DNA of 64,000 nt from Eukaryota sp. TZLM1-RC. Lineage: Eukaryota > Protista > Metamonada: BaSk clade. Below are positions 39,852 to 53,859 of the stretch, one piece after another (positions within the stretch are counted from its first letter, which is position 1; each line of letters starts with the position of its first letter). The position numbers were made by a program, and so were the translations under genes. The notes beneath the pieces were generated by a model that saw nothing but the letters and a program-made list of their open reading frames with translations, had not been told where the DNA came from and made no database searches. The DNA lies in assembly GCA_040285825.1 (NCBI GenBank), contig JAUPSS010000006.1, forward strand, positions 744,001-808,000, read 5' to 3'.

Positions 39852-41920
39852 GTATACCTAATAACAGAAACCCTAGCTAGTAACACTCATTATTAACAGC
39901 TTCAACCAAGGTATAAACAAGAAATCCTGAGAAAAGATATCTGTGACTCATCACATTCTTCTCATAACATGCAGCAACAACAGCAAACTCAGAACAAATA
40001 GAAGAACGACGGGCTAACGGACCCGGATCCAACCTCCTCTTTCAAAAAAGAAACAGTTGATAGAGCTGACGAGGTCCCTCCTTCTGCGAATATAAATGTC
40101 AAAGGAACATGGGTGAACCCAGATCCCACCTCTCCTTTTGAACAAAACGTGGTACAATAGATAACGAGAATAGACACGGCTCCCTCTCCATTCTCAAATG
40201 TAGAATCCAGTAAGCAGATGGATGTAGATCCCACCTTACACACAACAACCCCTTCCTCCCTACCCTACCCTTGGAAGGTATGATGAATTTCATGCTCAAC
40301 TAGATGGCATGGAAGGGGAAGACGACTCCAAAGATGGATTCTACGAGCTTTTGAGAAAAGACAAGGAAGCCTACCTCAAACCAACAGAGTTTTGTTTGTT
40401 TGAGCAGCTCCCTCATCTATGGAGTTCAATTCAAAAAAGAGACACAAACATTCGTTTCATGACCCTTGATTTCGTTGGCGATACCCACAATGATATTTGA
40501 AATCCCCCTAGACATTCCATGAAAGAAATTGAACTCATTAAGCTTTGGACAAGCTCAGTAGAGAAGCAAAACGATGTTCCAGACTCTCGGGAACGGACAA
40601 ACGGATCAACGAGATCATGGTCACTCTAATCAAAGAAATTTTGATGTACTCTTCATTCGTGATCTGGATATCAATTTACCAATTATCCTGGCTGCTGAAT
40701 ACATGAGTTGGTGTTCAGCCAGATCCTTCGATGAGCAAAGGGCTAACATCAGTGATAGCTATCAACAACATATGGGTCACTATGTTAGAGCAAACCCAAA
40801 GAACAATAAACGAATAGGCAAATTTAAGCATGCGTTCCAGCGTCGCCCCTGCTCAACTCAGCAAAAGGAGCAAGTCACAAATTAAGAAAGAAAGTGATGA
40901 AGCTGGTCCCTGTAGATTCTGTGGTATTCCAGGCCACACTATAAATGAATGTTCTGACCCTGATTGCCAGCGATCCGAGCAATGGCGAGATGCCAACCCA
41001 GATGCAGTTCAAACATATTTGGCAAGAAGAATTAGTAGCAGTAGAGGCAGAGGTAGACGTAGAGGAAGAGGCAAGGGCCCTTCCAGCAGTAATAAACGTG
41101 CACATAAATATCCACTGTTTACTATAGAGCAGGATAGCTCTCCAACATGTAATACATCAAAGCAACGTTCCAGCAAATGTTCATTGTTTTCAATAGAGCA
41201 AAACAGCTCTACAACATGTAAAACACCAACGAAACAAACCTCAGTCTCCAACCAGTAGATTAAGTGTTTAACTAATCCTTTAACTACCCAGAATCTTAAA
41301 TCAGCTAAAACAATCGAAACACCAAATAAACCTTGTTTCAATTATGAGTTCGACTCAAACCCAGACTCAGAGTCCCACAGCGATATATTCATGGTTCGCA
41401 CCTCAGATGTCGCACGCATAAATCTAAAATTTAATTTTTTAATAAATAATTGCAAAATAGAAGGGATCATCGACTCTGGAACTTCGATATCAGTCATCAA
41501 TGTTGACTTAGCAGAGAAATACAACTTGGTAAAGACAAACCATTGCATAAATTTTAAGTCTGCAAACAACATCATGTCAAAGTCTTTAGGATCAGCAGAA
41601 GGCACTCTGAGCTTCAGACTCGGTACTGTAACCCAACTAGTTCATGTGAAACATAGCTTGCCCATTATTCCTGGCAACAATATGTTACTGATTGGTAGAG
41701 ATCTGTTGCATCACCTAGGCTTATTGAACGATGAAGACCTCTTCATCAAGATGGATGAGGAACATCGTACATTACTTCTACCTGAGGCTGAATTCGACCA
41801 TCGAATCTCCATAGTCTCAGATGTCGTCAACGTCCCCAGACGTTGGTTGGAGCACATACAGTTTTCTGGTTGTACTATTAACCTCGACTATCCATCATTT
41901 TCAAAATATTTGTATGACCT
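39852..41920 (+). pseudogene. gag: Gypsy LTR end, decayed gag (CCHC knuckle) and protease
   Basis: LTR-like end ..TAACA at 39885, CRFCGIPGHTINEC at 40911, and GIIDSGTSISVI..LLIGRDLLHHLG in ORF 41391. Confidence 0.85.
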
Positions 41921-41924
41921 TGAT

Positions 41925-42215
41925 GTTGCTATTAATAAAATTGCACCAGAAATTTGGTGTCAATGTTTTCCCGACTCAGTTCAAGATAATCCTCCACGAA
42001 ATTTAGTTAATTTAAGGAATTGTGTGAAGAAGCTTTAACAAAAACTGACAGTAATATTTGAAGGCCTGGATTATGAAGTACGTCTTGGCATGGCCAAACA
42101 GAAAAATCCCGCTTCTACAGATTTTTTACTGGATGTTTGTGATAGTTCTGCCTCTTGTTTAATTAATCAAGTACCAGGAATTTATGGTTTGTTTCTAGCT
42201 GACCCTTGCTTTTTA
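41925..42215 (+). pseudogene. RLE-LINE family-B-like internal fragment
   Basis: IWCQCFPDSV..NLVNL..KKL*QKLTVIFEGLDYEVRLGMAK..SSASCLINQVP, similar to ORF 53091-53327 and to the CRE-like ORF. Confidence 0.7.
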
Positions 42216-42224
42216 TTATCTAGG

Positions 42225-42385
42225 CGTCTTCCATCGAACCATGAGTTCAGCTCTCCAGTATGTCTTGTGGTATATCCTGATCATCGTAAGCCTCGCCCTA
42301 CTGGTGATTACAGCGACAAGGACAGAGTCAACGTCTACACTGTTCCCGTTTAACCTAATCTCCCTAGAATATCCGATGTGCTATT
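42225..42385 (+). pseudogene. Gypsy RT fragment
   Basis: FSSPVCLVVYPDHRKPRPTGDYS..NLPRISDVL (the SP..LV..R...DY motif). Confidence 0.75.
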
Positions 42386-42649
42386 TATTATTAATATCAT
42401 AATACTGGTATATTGCAATGATAATGGAGAATAATTAGGTTCACACGTCAGTGAGCAAAAGGCTGATCAGATTACAGTGAATCACCAAGGTGATATTTCT
42501 CATGTTTTTTCGTTTAGATCCGATGAAAGAACTTCATAAAGATGTGTGCTCTTCTTGATAATTCCACAAGACCCACAACAAAAATTTTGTTCTGTTCTGC
42601 TGAGGTGAAAAAGAAAACTTCAAATCAATTCAATAATAAAGTTGTTGGC

Positions 42650-45600
42650 AAAGATCCAAAAACATGTAGACTATACAGAAACACGTAATCAGATCCTTCT
42701 TGAGTGTAATCAACCTCAAACAGTTAATAACTGAATGAATGATGATTATTCAGTCGTTTATGTATTTGTGATTAAAGACTCAAAATAAAGAGAATTACTC
42801 TCAATATTTGGTAGAGACTCTAAAATTATAAATAAATTAAAGAACAATGAAATCCAAAAAAATAAACCTTGGGTAAGTGACCATGTAAGATAATAAATAT
42901 ATTTAAAGAGAAAACTTTAACTATATTAATATGTAAAGAAAACTTGAACCACATTTGAAAACTTAAAACTAAAATAAACTAGTATAAGATTCATGCTCAA
43001 CAATATCAAGTCTGTAATGGTAAATGCTGAATAAAAGATTCCAAGGGCAAATGAAATGACAACCACCAAGAATGTCTTGATTAAAAAGAAAATGAGATGT
43101 AGAAAGAGTAAAAATTTTGGAATTAGAATCAATTCGAACTTATCCTGGTCAATTTCAAACTAAAATCAAGAGCACAAATGATTTCAATAGCTGATGAAGG
43201 AAGGAAGAACCGACAGGTCGACCGACCTATCGTTCAGCGTTCGAGTCCGGGTGAGTAACTTTTCAGATAGACAAAATTGATGTAAAGAGATCTGAAAACA
43301 GAACGGAAAGGTGATGGTGACGTTACATGATGGGAAAAGGATGATGATTAGAACAGATGGTAGAAAAAGGTGAAAAACAACCATAAGCAACGATAAGGAA
43401 GAGAATTAGTGTATGGGATGAAAGACAGAGCAAGTATTGAACCAAAAGGTAAAGATGGACGAATCGGTAGCGTCTACCATCAATAGTATAGGAGGTGCAT
43501 GAATAATGATCCACGGACCTAGATTCCTCACCATCAAAGAAAAGAGATATGAAGAAAGAGAATTGAGTTGTGTCGAATCATAGATTCAAATTCAATCATT
43601 TTGTTTTGATACCAACATGTCACTCTTCAGCAAATAACCTCTTCACATTATTTTACGCCCTACGAATTCAACCTTGATAATTCTGTCAATATTGTTCAAC
43701 TTATCATCAGTGTCCTAGCACAACTTAAAGAACCTTAGTGAACCGTGGCTATTACGTTCCGAATCCTCCATCAGAGCCGATCGATCGGATACTATTGGCC
43801 ATTAAAACTGTAAACATTACAGATATCCTTTCAAGATATCCTCCGAAACCTTGCCAACCCAACTCTCTTCACAGTTCTTTCAGTTTATTCCATTATCTTT
43901 GATGATTGTCTCTTCTTCTCTTGCTATGTTCGTGCTGATCGTACCCAGTAAAGAAACTACTCCTCCCTACTGAATTCTTCTTTTTCTTCAAGGTTGAGTA
44001 CAAGTTAACATTCTGTTCTTTTCCATACTTGTCTTTCTGTTTCAACTTCTTTATGCATTTCATTGGCCTTGTTAATTCTTTTGCCACATCTTTTCCATTT
44101 TTTTAAATCCACTGCCGAGAATTGAATTTAGAAATATCGTGAAGAGAACATAAAATTGGGAATCGAAGGGATTGAACCCATGACGAGGGTGTTTGTGTCA
44201 TTTTACATTATCATACAATCTTGGGTTCAGCCAATGTCAAACTTTGAGATCCAGTTGAGCCTAAAGGTCAAGTTATTAGTGGATGTGCTAATGATGAACC
44301 TCTATTCACCGATGTCAAATCTAATGTTGATTTTGATAATGTAGATGTCATTGAATGTCAATCTGATTCAAATGTTGCTACTGATTCTGCTACCGATTTC
44401 AAATCTGCTTTCATTTATTCTTGATTCAACTGCTAGTAATCATTGTAGGGTACTATTTCTCATCAATATTTCTTGCAATTCAGAGTCTTTACCAAATATT
44501 GAGAGTAATTCTCTTTATTTTGAGTCTCTGATCATAAATACATAAACGACTGAGTAGTCATCAATCATTCAGTTTTTCACTGTTTGAGGTTGATTACGGT
44601 CAAGAAAGATCTGATTACATGTGTCTGTATAGTCTACTTGTTTTTGGATCTTTGTAGGTTCGATACCTACATCAAATTTATTTTCGAATAAATTGAAATT
44701 GTTTACTTCAACAGAAACAGTTCATGCTCTTGTTCACAATAATTGATGTCAGCACTACTGTTGATGACAATCCTTTATTGTAATTGTTACAAGTTCTTTT
44801 TCCCAAATTTTTAAAATTTTGCTTATATAATCTGTGTTGTTGAATTGTTCAAATGCTTGAGAAGTAAACATAATTTCGTTCTCTAACAATTTTTCACCAT
44901 TTTTTTTGAATGAAAAAATTAAGTTTGTGAGTATTGCTGCATATCATACAAACACTGAAATTTTTTGTTTGTATTATACATCAATGTACAACTATTATTA
45001 AGTAAGAATCAATTTATAAAAACCAAAACTAATACAATCAACAATTACAAAAGTGGACTCTTTTCACTGGCAGGAAAAATTTTAGACTTTAACACTTTAG
45101 GCAATTTCAACTTTTTTGGACTAGGCATAGTTGGAGACGGGAATTTTAACTGTGTGTTCTGACGATCATTTCTATGAACATGTACTTCTACGAGACTAGA
45201 ATACACTAATGATATCGGTCATTTTCACCTGATAGACTATGACAACTAATGGATCATAACACATACCCATAGAGCTCTATCGGAAATTATGTTCTTTGAC
45301 TGAGCAGATTGGTCAAGCACATAGCACCATACGAGAAGAACTGAAAATCATATGAAAATCAGCCATTCCTGAGCAGAACCAAATTATGAAAAGATTTCAG
45401 CAAAAACATTCAATAATTTGAATTCTCTGAAATATGACATTGCATGCAAAAATTGAAAACAATGGTAACAAGTATTGAACGGAATCACCATTTGAATAAA
45501 TGGTGTAGTTAATAAATTTGGATTTATTAAAAAAGCCGATAAGGGTTGATCAGAAGCTCTTTGTTTTCATTTAGCTTTGTGAAATAAGCTTCTGCTTCTT

Positions 45601-45665
45601 TCGTTAAGCTGCAGAAGCATAAAAGACCAACTGGACCATGGAGAGAGTGCTTTTCATCGCATCAG
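42650..45665 (-). repeat. Diverged inverted copy of ~9005-12425 of the tandem unit, with an internal deletion
   Basis: ORFs 43893-44087(-) and 44345-44545(+) mirror 10971-11165(+) and 10513-10713(-). Confidence 0.9.
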
Positions 45666-45669
45666 GTCA

Positions 45670-46260
45670 GTAAGCATATTGAAATTAACATCGTCCAGAA
45701 GGAGAACAATCATCTTCTTTGCATTTTTTCCAATTTCAATAAGTGTTTCAGAAAAATCATCAAGTCCAGCGATATTCCCACATTTAAGAGCAGAAAAACA
45801 AAAAAAATTAGGATTGGTTGATAAGTCCCACAAAATATGCATCACTGCTGTTGAACTTCCTGTCGTGGGTGACATTGACAAGAATTTTCGTGCCCGCGGG
45901 TCGCGGCTGGATATTCAAATATTGATTTTCAAAATGATACACTTCATGAAGAACGATTTTACTTGTGAAAAATAAATGCTATAATTGTTTTACGTGTGAC
46001 AAAATTCAAAATATAATTCAAAATTTAAAACAGTGTGGCATAAATAATATTATTAAAAATTTCCATATACTAACCACAAACACTAGATACATAATAAAAT
46101 ATGATTAATTATGAGCAACATATTTATGACCACCAGGGAAATCAGGGGTAAAACTTTTTATTAGCCTAGGTATGACCTACTGTACCACATAGGCTACAAG
46201 TAAAAGTTCTTCTCTTCCTTGAAGAACAAAATAAGAAAGGCCTGGCAGTAAAAGGTACTT
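45670..46260 (-). repeat. Inverted copy of ~2670-3255
   Basis: cccgcgggtcgcggctggatattc is the reverse complement of 3015-3037 and the flanks are colinear. Confidence 0.85.
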
Positions 46261-47845
46261 GGACAAGTGAGGAATGTGCACTTTGGGTTAGTCAAGTGGT
46301 GATATTTTTCAAACTACATGCCGCAATAATGCCGTACAAGGCTACGTTTTCTAATCCTAAACGACTTGCTTTGTCATCATCATATATATTTCTATATTAT
46401 ATAATATTATTATATATTTGTCAGATCAATTCATTCTAGTTGTTGGAGAGGCCTACTAGAGGGTAGTGCATGATTCTGACCTGTTCATAACATGAACAAG
46501 ACAGCAAAAGCCCATGTGTAGAGATTCGCTGGAGCTTTTTATACACATGACCTTTGCCAGATCTGTTGAATGGATGACTGACTTTTGGCTGAGAGCCCGC
46601 CCAAAAGGACAGATACTGGCACACCAGAGCGGGATCAGGGGTGAATCTTCCTTTGGCCACAGTAATTACTCTTGCGTTATGTGCACCAGGTTCCATAAAC
46701 AAAATAAAATAATAACACAAGACGTTTGGTTTGCTGATGGAGGAAAGCTATACATTGAAATAGAAGTGAAACAAAAAGCCATTGAACGTAATTGGGAAAT
46801 GTGAACAGAATATCTAAATTTTGAAAGAGAAGTCGGGTCTTACACAACTTATGTTGATCTGATGGGTTTCGTGCACATGAATTTCGCATTAAAAACCGAA
46901 ACACGAAGTTTATCAATGTAACATGAAAAACTAATGACAAAGAACAAGAATCCAATTGAACCAATGACACGTCATCAACTCACTACTCAAAATGGTTATA
47001 GGTGTTGCGTAAACTGGAGGTTCTTGTTGCGGAACAACGTCCATTTACAAAACGACGACCAAATAATACTTTGAATATCATCAGTTGATACTTTTTTCAA
47101 TTGTTTTAGCATATTTTGATTTGGCCCGCCTGAACCCAATTTTCCCCCACAAGACTAAGCAATTTCTCTTGGGGACAGCTATTGTGTTTTGTTTGCCTTC
47201 GTGGTGTAATTGTACAGCACCATTTGAACAAACAGTATAGTTACTTTATTTCGATTTATTAATCGATCAGCTTTCCTTTTGTTTTCAGCAGCGTTACAGA
47301 AAATTTTTCTCAAGTTTTATTCATCACTTGAACTATTATCCATATAGTGAAATAAAATAGAATTTATAATTCATTATTTTTCTTAAACAATCACAATTGA
47401 CAACAAAGTACATTTTACAACCAAAACAATATGCTTATGTATATTTAACAAATGTGAAGACGTCCATTTTTCTATTAATACAAATAAATCTTTATATAAA
47501 TAAAAATCGGTGACTATTGGAAATTCATTTCTTCAACAACACATGTTGTCAATTGACAATGAGTTCATTTCCTCTTACATAGCAAAATGTAGAGCATTTC
47601 ATTCAGAGAATACACTATAATGGAGTGGGCAGTGTTTTAAATTGACAAAGAACTTGATATTTAATTATAATTAGTTCCTATTCTTAGTTTAAAACATCAT
47701 AACATTGTGAATCTTTTAAACCAAACAGTATCATTCATTTCTGATATATCATTATTACAACCTAATAGATTATATTTGTAGCTTTAAGCGTTGATATGTT
47801 ATCAATAAAAAATTTTTATTTTTATTTGTTTTCAATATCTTTCAA

Positions 47846-50800
47846 TATCTTTTCTTCCTCTACATATAACCGTTTAACTTAAAACCTGGCTGAACCGAGA
47901 TCATTGCTTCTATTCTTTCTTGTTGATGTCTGAATCAGTTTCTGATGCTAATGGAGTCAAAAGAAAGAACGATAGTCAACAAGATGCTCAAGACGTCCTT
48001 TCCACCTCTCCTCCTCAACCTCTTCTCTCTTCATTTTTGGACAAAAAATTCTGATCAAGAATTTTTAGACAATCACGATGAAATAAAAGTTTGTTCAAAA
48101 ACAAAGCCACGCTCCTACAGATGCTCAAAGTGTCGACAACAGGGACATAATGCTCGAACATGTCCCAATGTTGGAAAAAATGATGCGGCAAATTCTGAAA
48201 CAAAATGTAAAAGAAAATTTATTAGAAGGAAAGAGTCTAAGGTAGAACCCATAAATAATGCTCCACAAGTTGTTGCAAAACCAGTTAGCAATCGATTGAA
48301 GCACAAAACTTGCAACACTTGTGGTATTTCTTTTAGAAAAAATGCAAAAGGAAAAACTTCTGATCTCTGCTTGAAATGCCGCATAGTTGATAACTACCAT
48401 CCTCCCATAAGAATACCTCAAGAAATTCATCCGACCAAATGCAATGTATTTGCTTTCGTTTTTCAAAGATTTTTGGATCAATTATGTAAAGGAAAGTATG
48501 CTATCAATATTATTTGGGAATTTTTTGGTTCTTTTTGTCCTCCTTTTGAACAAAATTTCGTTAATATTTCCGAAGATTTAACCAATATAGCACCGAGAAA
48601 TCAGTCATCCGAGAAATTAAGTAAAATTTTTGAAGACAAATGCTTTGACAACAAATGGTCCAAGGCTTTGTCAGCTTTAAGTCCCGGAGTCAAAGCACCG
48701 AACAATGAGAATACAGTAGATAAACTGAAAATACTTCATCCTTATGAAGACCCTGTTATGGATCAAAATGTTTACGGCACATACTGGGAAAATTATCCAT
48801 TGATGCCATCAGAAGTTTTTTCGGTTATCAAAAAGAGACCTCGTGGTAAGTCTGCCGGACTTTCTGGTATTACTATTGATCATGTAAAAGCCGCGATTAT
48901 TTCTTCAGAAGATTGCCTTGGTTTATTGACCAAATTTTTCAACCAAATATTATCTGGTCAACGCAAGTACCCAGAAGAATTAAGAAGTTCTCGTTTGACT
49001 GCACTTGTCAAAAATTCAAATATGGATGTTCGTCCTATTGCAGTCTCTGAGAGCTTATACAATATTTTTTCTGCATGTTGCTGAAGCAGGTTTAACGAGA
49101 AAGCAAAACAAATATTATTACCCTTTCAATATGGTATAAATACTACAGATGGAGTCTCTTCAGCGATTTTTGCTACTGATGTCTTATTTCGTCAAAATGA
49201 ATCCAATGTTTGCATGTCATTGGATTTTAGTAATGCTTTCAATTCGCTAAGTCGTCGCAGTATCCATGGTGCTCTATTGCAATATATGCCAGAATTAATT
49301 CCATATTTTCAATCAACATATTGCACATATTCTAATTTACATTTTGGTAACAACATTTTGATTTCATCAAGTGGCGTAAAGCAAGGAGATCCGTTAGGAC
49401 CTCTTTTGTTTTGTTTGGCCATTCATCCTATTCTACTGCAAATTCAAGAGATGTTTCCTTCACTAAAAATGATTGCATATATGGATGATGTTGTGCTTAT
49501 TGGTGAATTAAATATTGTGAAACAAGCAACTGTATGTTTTAAAGAATTATTTACCAAAATTGGTCTCCAACTTAATTTACGTGAATGTGTTTTGTTATCG
49601 AATTCTCCAGTTTTCTCAATAAATGATCGTATTGAAATTCAAGTCAAATTATATTCAATTGATGCTATTCGTCATTTGGGTTCGTTTTTAGGAAATAATG
49701 ATGAAATTACCAAAAAGTTGTTTGAAAAGTTGAACTCAATTTCTACCAAAATTGACCGAATGATGAATTTAGATATACAGACACATACTAAATTTACCAT
49801 TATAACACTGTGTTTTAGTTCCAATCTTAATCATATATTTCGATCTACAAATACTCTTGTCACAAGGCCTTTGTCTCAGAAGTTGGATGAATTACGTGCC
49901 AAGGTGCTGTCACAATTACTGGGATGTAAATTGTTCCAAATTCCAGACCATGCTTACCTTAGTCCACATTATAGCGGTTTAGGGTGGACGAAGGCTTCTA
50001 TTCTTACCTCGGGTGCTTTTGTTGATGGATGCAAAAATGCAATCTTTGAGTTTTCCAAAATATTTGCAGATTGGGAAGATTTATTGATGACAACGCAAAG
50101 TTCGACTGTTTTTGCATTAAATGATGAAATTTCCAGAATTGATGTAGAAAAATGGGGTCGACGTTTTCCCCAATCATTCAATGGCAATATTCCAGAAAAA
50201 AATGTTTTAAATTTGAAGTACACTCTTCGAACATTACAGAAACGATTTACTGAAATGTACGAAAATGATCTTTATAATAATATATGCAGTTCGGCTGTTT
50301 AAAATCAAGATCTTCACTCATTGTTACCATTGTACCACGAAGATTTGGATTGTGTGCCACTAATGAAGCATTTGTAACAAAAATGAGATTACAATTGAAT
50401 ATCAGAAGAAATATGTATTTGTGAGAACTCACCTCAACTAGAATTTCGCCATGTTCTGAATGTTTCTAAATTGATAACTTATTGCAGTCTCCGACTTAAT
50501 TTACTTAAATGTGTTTTGTTATCGAATTCTCCAGTTTCCACAATAATTAATGATATTGAAATTCAAGCCAAATTATATTCAATTGATGCTATTCGTCATT
50601 TGGGTTCGTTTTTAGGAAATAATGATGAAATTACCAAAAAATTGTTTGAAAAGTTGAACTCAATTTCTGACAAAATTGACCGAATAATGAATTTAGATAT
50701 AAAAAAACACATCAAATTTACCATTATAAGACTGTGTTTTAGTTCCAATTTTAATCATATATTTCGATCTACAAATCCTCTCGTCACTAGACCTTTGGCT

Positions 50801-52105
50801 CAAAAGTTTAATGAGTTACGTGCAAAAGTTCTGTCTCAATTACTGGGATGTAAAATGTTTCAAATTCCAGATCATGCTTACCTTAGTCCACAATATGGTG
50901 GTTTAGGGTGGACGAAGGCTTCTATTCTTACCTCGTGTGCTTTTGTTGGTGGATGCAGAAATGCAATCTTTGAGTTCTCCGAAAGATTTGCAGATTGGGA
51001 AGATTTATTGATGACAACGCAAAGTTCCACTGTTTTTGCATTAAATGAAGAAATTTCAAGAATTGATGTAGAAAAATGGGGTCGATGTTTTCCCCAATCA
51101 TTCAATGGCAATATTCCAGAAAAAAATGTTTTAAATTTGAAGTACACTCTTCGAACATTACAGAAACGATTGACTGGAATGTATGAAAATGATCTTTATA
51201 ATAATATTTGCAGCTCGGCTGTTTTAAATCAAGATCTTCACTCATTGTTATTGGAAAAGGGTGTTTGTGAAAACAAGGTGTCAGATTCTTCACTTTTTGT
51301 AAACATTGTACCACGAAGATTTGGATTGTGTGCTACTAATGAAGCATTTGTAACAAAAATGAGATTATATTTGAACATCCCCATTAACCAATTATTATCA
51401 AAAGAAAAATGTATTTGTTCGAATTCACCTCAACTCACTTTGCGCCATGCTCTAAATTGCTCTAAATTGATAACTTATCGTTCTTCATTACATGATGCTG
51501 TTAGAGACACTGTTTTCAATATGGCACAAACTGCAAGGATATCGTGTATCAAAGAGCCCCTGCTGAAAGAAACACTTTCTCTGAATAATTTTGGTTCTGA
51601 TGATAGAGGTGATGTATACTGTGATTGGATTGATAATTCTGAAGCTATTGTTGACTTTGTCTCATGTAATGTTGCAAACGATACTTTGGTTCACAGAAGA
51701 AAACTTAATCCTGTGGCTGCTCTGGATTTTTAAAGCAAAAGAAAAACATAGAAAATATGATAAAGAAATTGAAGATGCAAATATCGATAGAAATACACAG
51801 CTGGTTTTTATTGCTTTTCCATTTTCGATAAATGGAAGATTATCAGTTGAAGCAGAAACTTTTTTGGATGACTTCCAAAAAATGGTGAAAGAAAAAACAA
51901 TGAAAAGATTTGATATTTTTTTATGGCGTTCACGGATTCAATTTGCCATTATTAATAGATTACCGCGGTTTTTCAATCGAATTAGAGAAGCTTTAGCTAG
52001 ACAGCAAGCAAATCAAGATTTTGTAGAGGAAATCTTGGTTTAATGATAGTCATCCCATTAGTTATGATTTAATTTAATCAAGTGTGCAAATTCAATAAAT
52101 TAAAC
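47846..52105 (+). mobile_element. Near full-length CRE-like (RLE-type) non-LTR retrotransposon, family A, with 11-bp TSD ATATCTTTCAA
   Basis: TSD at 47835-47845 and 52106-52116, empty site at 780-789, single long disrupted ORF, AATAAA near the 3' end. Confidence 0.85.
47926..52043 (+). pseudogene. Zinc knuckle + reverse transcriptase + restriction-like endonuclease polyprotein (disrupted, with internal duplication)
   Basis: CSKCRQQGHNARTC; RPIAVSE; FQYG; LDFSNAFNS; GVKQGDPLGPLLF; AYMDD; RHLGSFLG; GGLG; CIC..HALNC; HDAVRD; RGDVY; KHRKY. Lesions: A-run shift ~48045, TGA 49082, TAA 50300, T-run shift ~51730. Confidence 0.93.
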
Positions 52106-52454
52106 ATATCTTTCAAGCAGTTATTAATGAATTGAGTTCAAAGTTCTGAATAGTTCCAGCAATTTCGGTCACATTTAAATGCACATAGGACAGTTGAAAG
52201 GGAAAGACGGAAAATTTGAAAGTAAATTTGAAAATTTGAGATAAAATTTGAAGGAAGTGTTGTTACATAATTGATTCAAGTGATTTACTCATTTCAAATA
52301 AATTGAGTCAAGTTGATTTTAAATTAAATTCGATAATCAACGTGTCGTTGGTTTTTTGCCCCAAAAAAACAAAAATGTAGTCAAAAATTAGTATCGTTAA
52401 TTTTTTTTTCATATTTTTTTATTTATCCCACCAAAAACAAACTACACGACAAGG

Positions 52455-53340
52455 TTAAAATTCTTTGTCTTCATAACCCCAATTAGCCAAGAAGAATTGA
52501 CTGAAAGTTTTTCTTTCATAAAAGCGTCCAAGAGATAACAAAGCTGAAGATATTGAGGGAACAACCCATTTGAAAATTGAAAATACAATTCTGTTACCAA
52601 AAACTCTTTCAGTACGTTGTTTTACAATTTCAACAAAATTATCCAGAAAAGATAAAGCATGAGGTCCAAACGTTCCATGAAGGGAAACTACAAATGGACA
52701 GAGGACATAATGAGTATGCGATTTTGCATTCAAGGATAACAATTTAACTGTATATTTGTCAATTTTGGCTTTTTTGGAAACAGTTAAGGACTTCCTACAT
52801 TTTGATTAAGCCATTGGAATAAAAGAATCATTACATACATTAGTAGATCTCACATCTGTAATAATGGTAGTACCTTCAAGACCTTAAAGCATTAAAACAC
52901 CTCTATTTCGACCAAACAAATTCAAAGTATCTTCATCAATCAAACGGGAAAGTAATGGTTCTAAATAGGAAACACTTCTATGTGGTATTGACAAACAATT
53001 GAGTTGATCTTTTACCGCATCATGAACTTTTGAACGGAAAGTAGTGAAATGTTCACAATTGAATAAATGATTTGGAAAAAATTTTGATTATTAAATTTTC
53101 AAATAATGAGGCACGTTATCAGGCCAAATAAAACAACAAAGGCGCATTGTACAAGAAAATTCGGTATCATTTAAAAGAAGACCATAAATTTGAAGAATAT
53201 GAGTAATTAAACACGAAGAAGAACCGTTTTGAGAAAACTTTGCGAAAACGTGAAGCACTTTTTTGGCCGAGCCAAGACGAACATTAAAATCCAAGCCTTC
53301 AAAAATTATTGTTAACTTTTGTTGCAAGTAATTAAATACT
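52455..53340 (-). pseudogene. 3' part of RLE-LINE family B, tail-to-tail with the family A element
   Basis: Paralog of 1138-1839 and extends further 5' (QQKLTIIFEGLDFNVRLG). Confidence 0.85.
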
Positions 53341-53859
53341 AAGATGTGCTGGTGTAATGTGATAAATGTGTGATAAAGTTATTTTATTCGATTCTATTCT
53401 ATATATATGAAGGTACTCAGTAGTGAGATACCTACATTCGTTTACACAACCAATTTCTGATTTTCCCCTGGTTTAACAAATGCCGTAAGATTTTCAATTA
53501 TTTGTTCAGATGTTTGAATTAAATTTTGCCTACTGGAATTTTCATTTTGTGTGCTTAATTCACCTTTAGACAACAAAATACAAAAATTTGAACTCCCAAT
53601 CACTGGACTTCTTTTTGCTTAACCTTCTTGCTCCTTCTCTCATGGTTGATTATAAAATGGGTTTCTTACTGGACTACCAAGAGTTACCACAACTGCGTCA
53701 AGCCATAAAAGAAATGGATCAATCTGCAAAAGAAGCCTTAAAGTTTTGCCTTTTCCACGCTACAGAAGACACGTACTCACTATACGTACATTTTCCTCAG
53801 TAAATCTGAGTCTGAAGTAGGTCTTTTCTTTGGATCTACCAAACCTTCCTTGGAAAATG

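Noticed and set aside
46900-47000. U-box-like EPMTRHQL peptide
   Set aside because: Only the C-terminal half-motif is present; the N-terminal U-box residues are not recognisable.
49082-49084. In-frame TGA (and TAA at 50300, TAA/TAG in the Rep remnant) as stop-codon recoding
   Set aside because: TAA at 50300 is TTA in the duplicate copy. True ORF ends use TAA/TAG (52043, 57442) and Gln is encoded by CAA/CAG, so ordinary decay is sufficient.
51720-51740. Programmed frameshift between the RT and the end of the endonuclease
   Set aside because: A single extra T in a T-run splits a conserved domain, and the tandem copies show frequent homopolymer indels. Error or decay is more likely.
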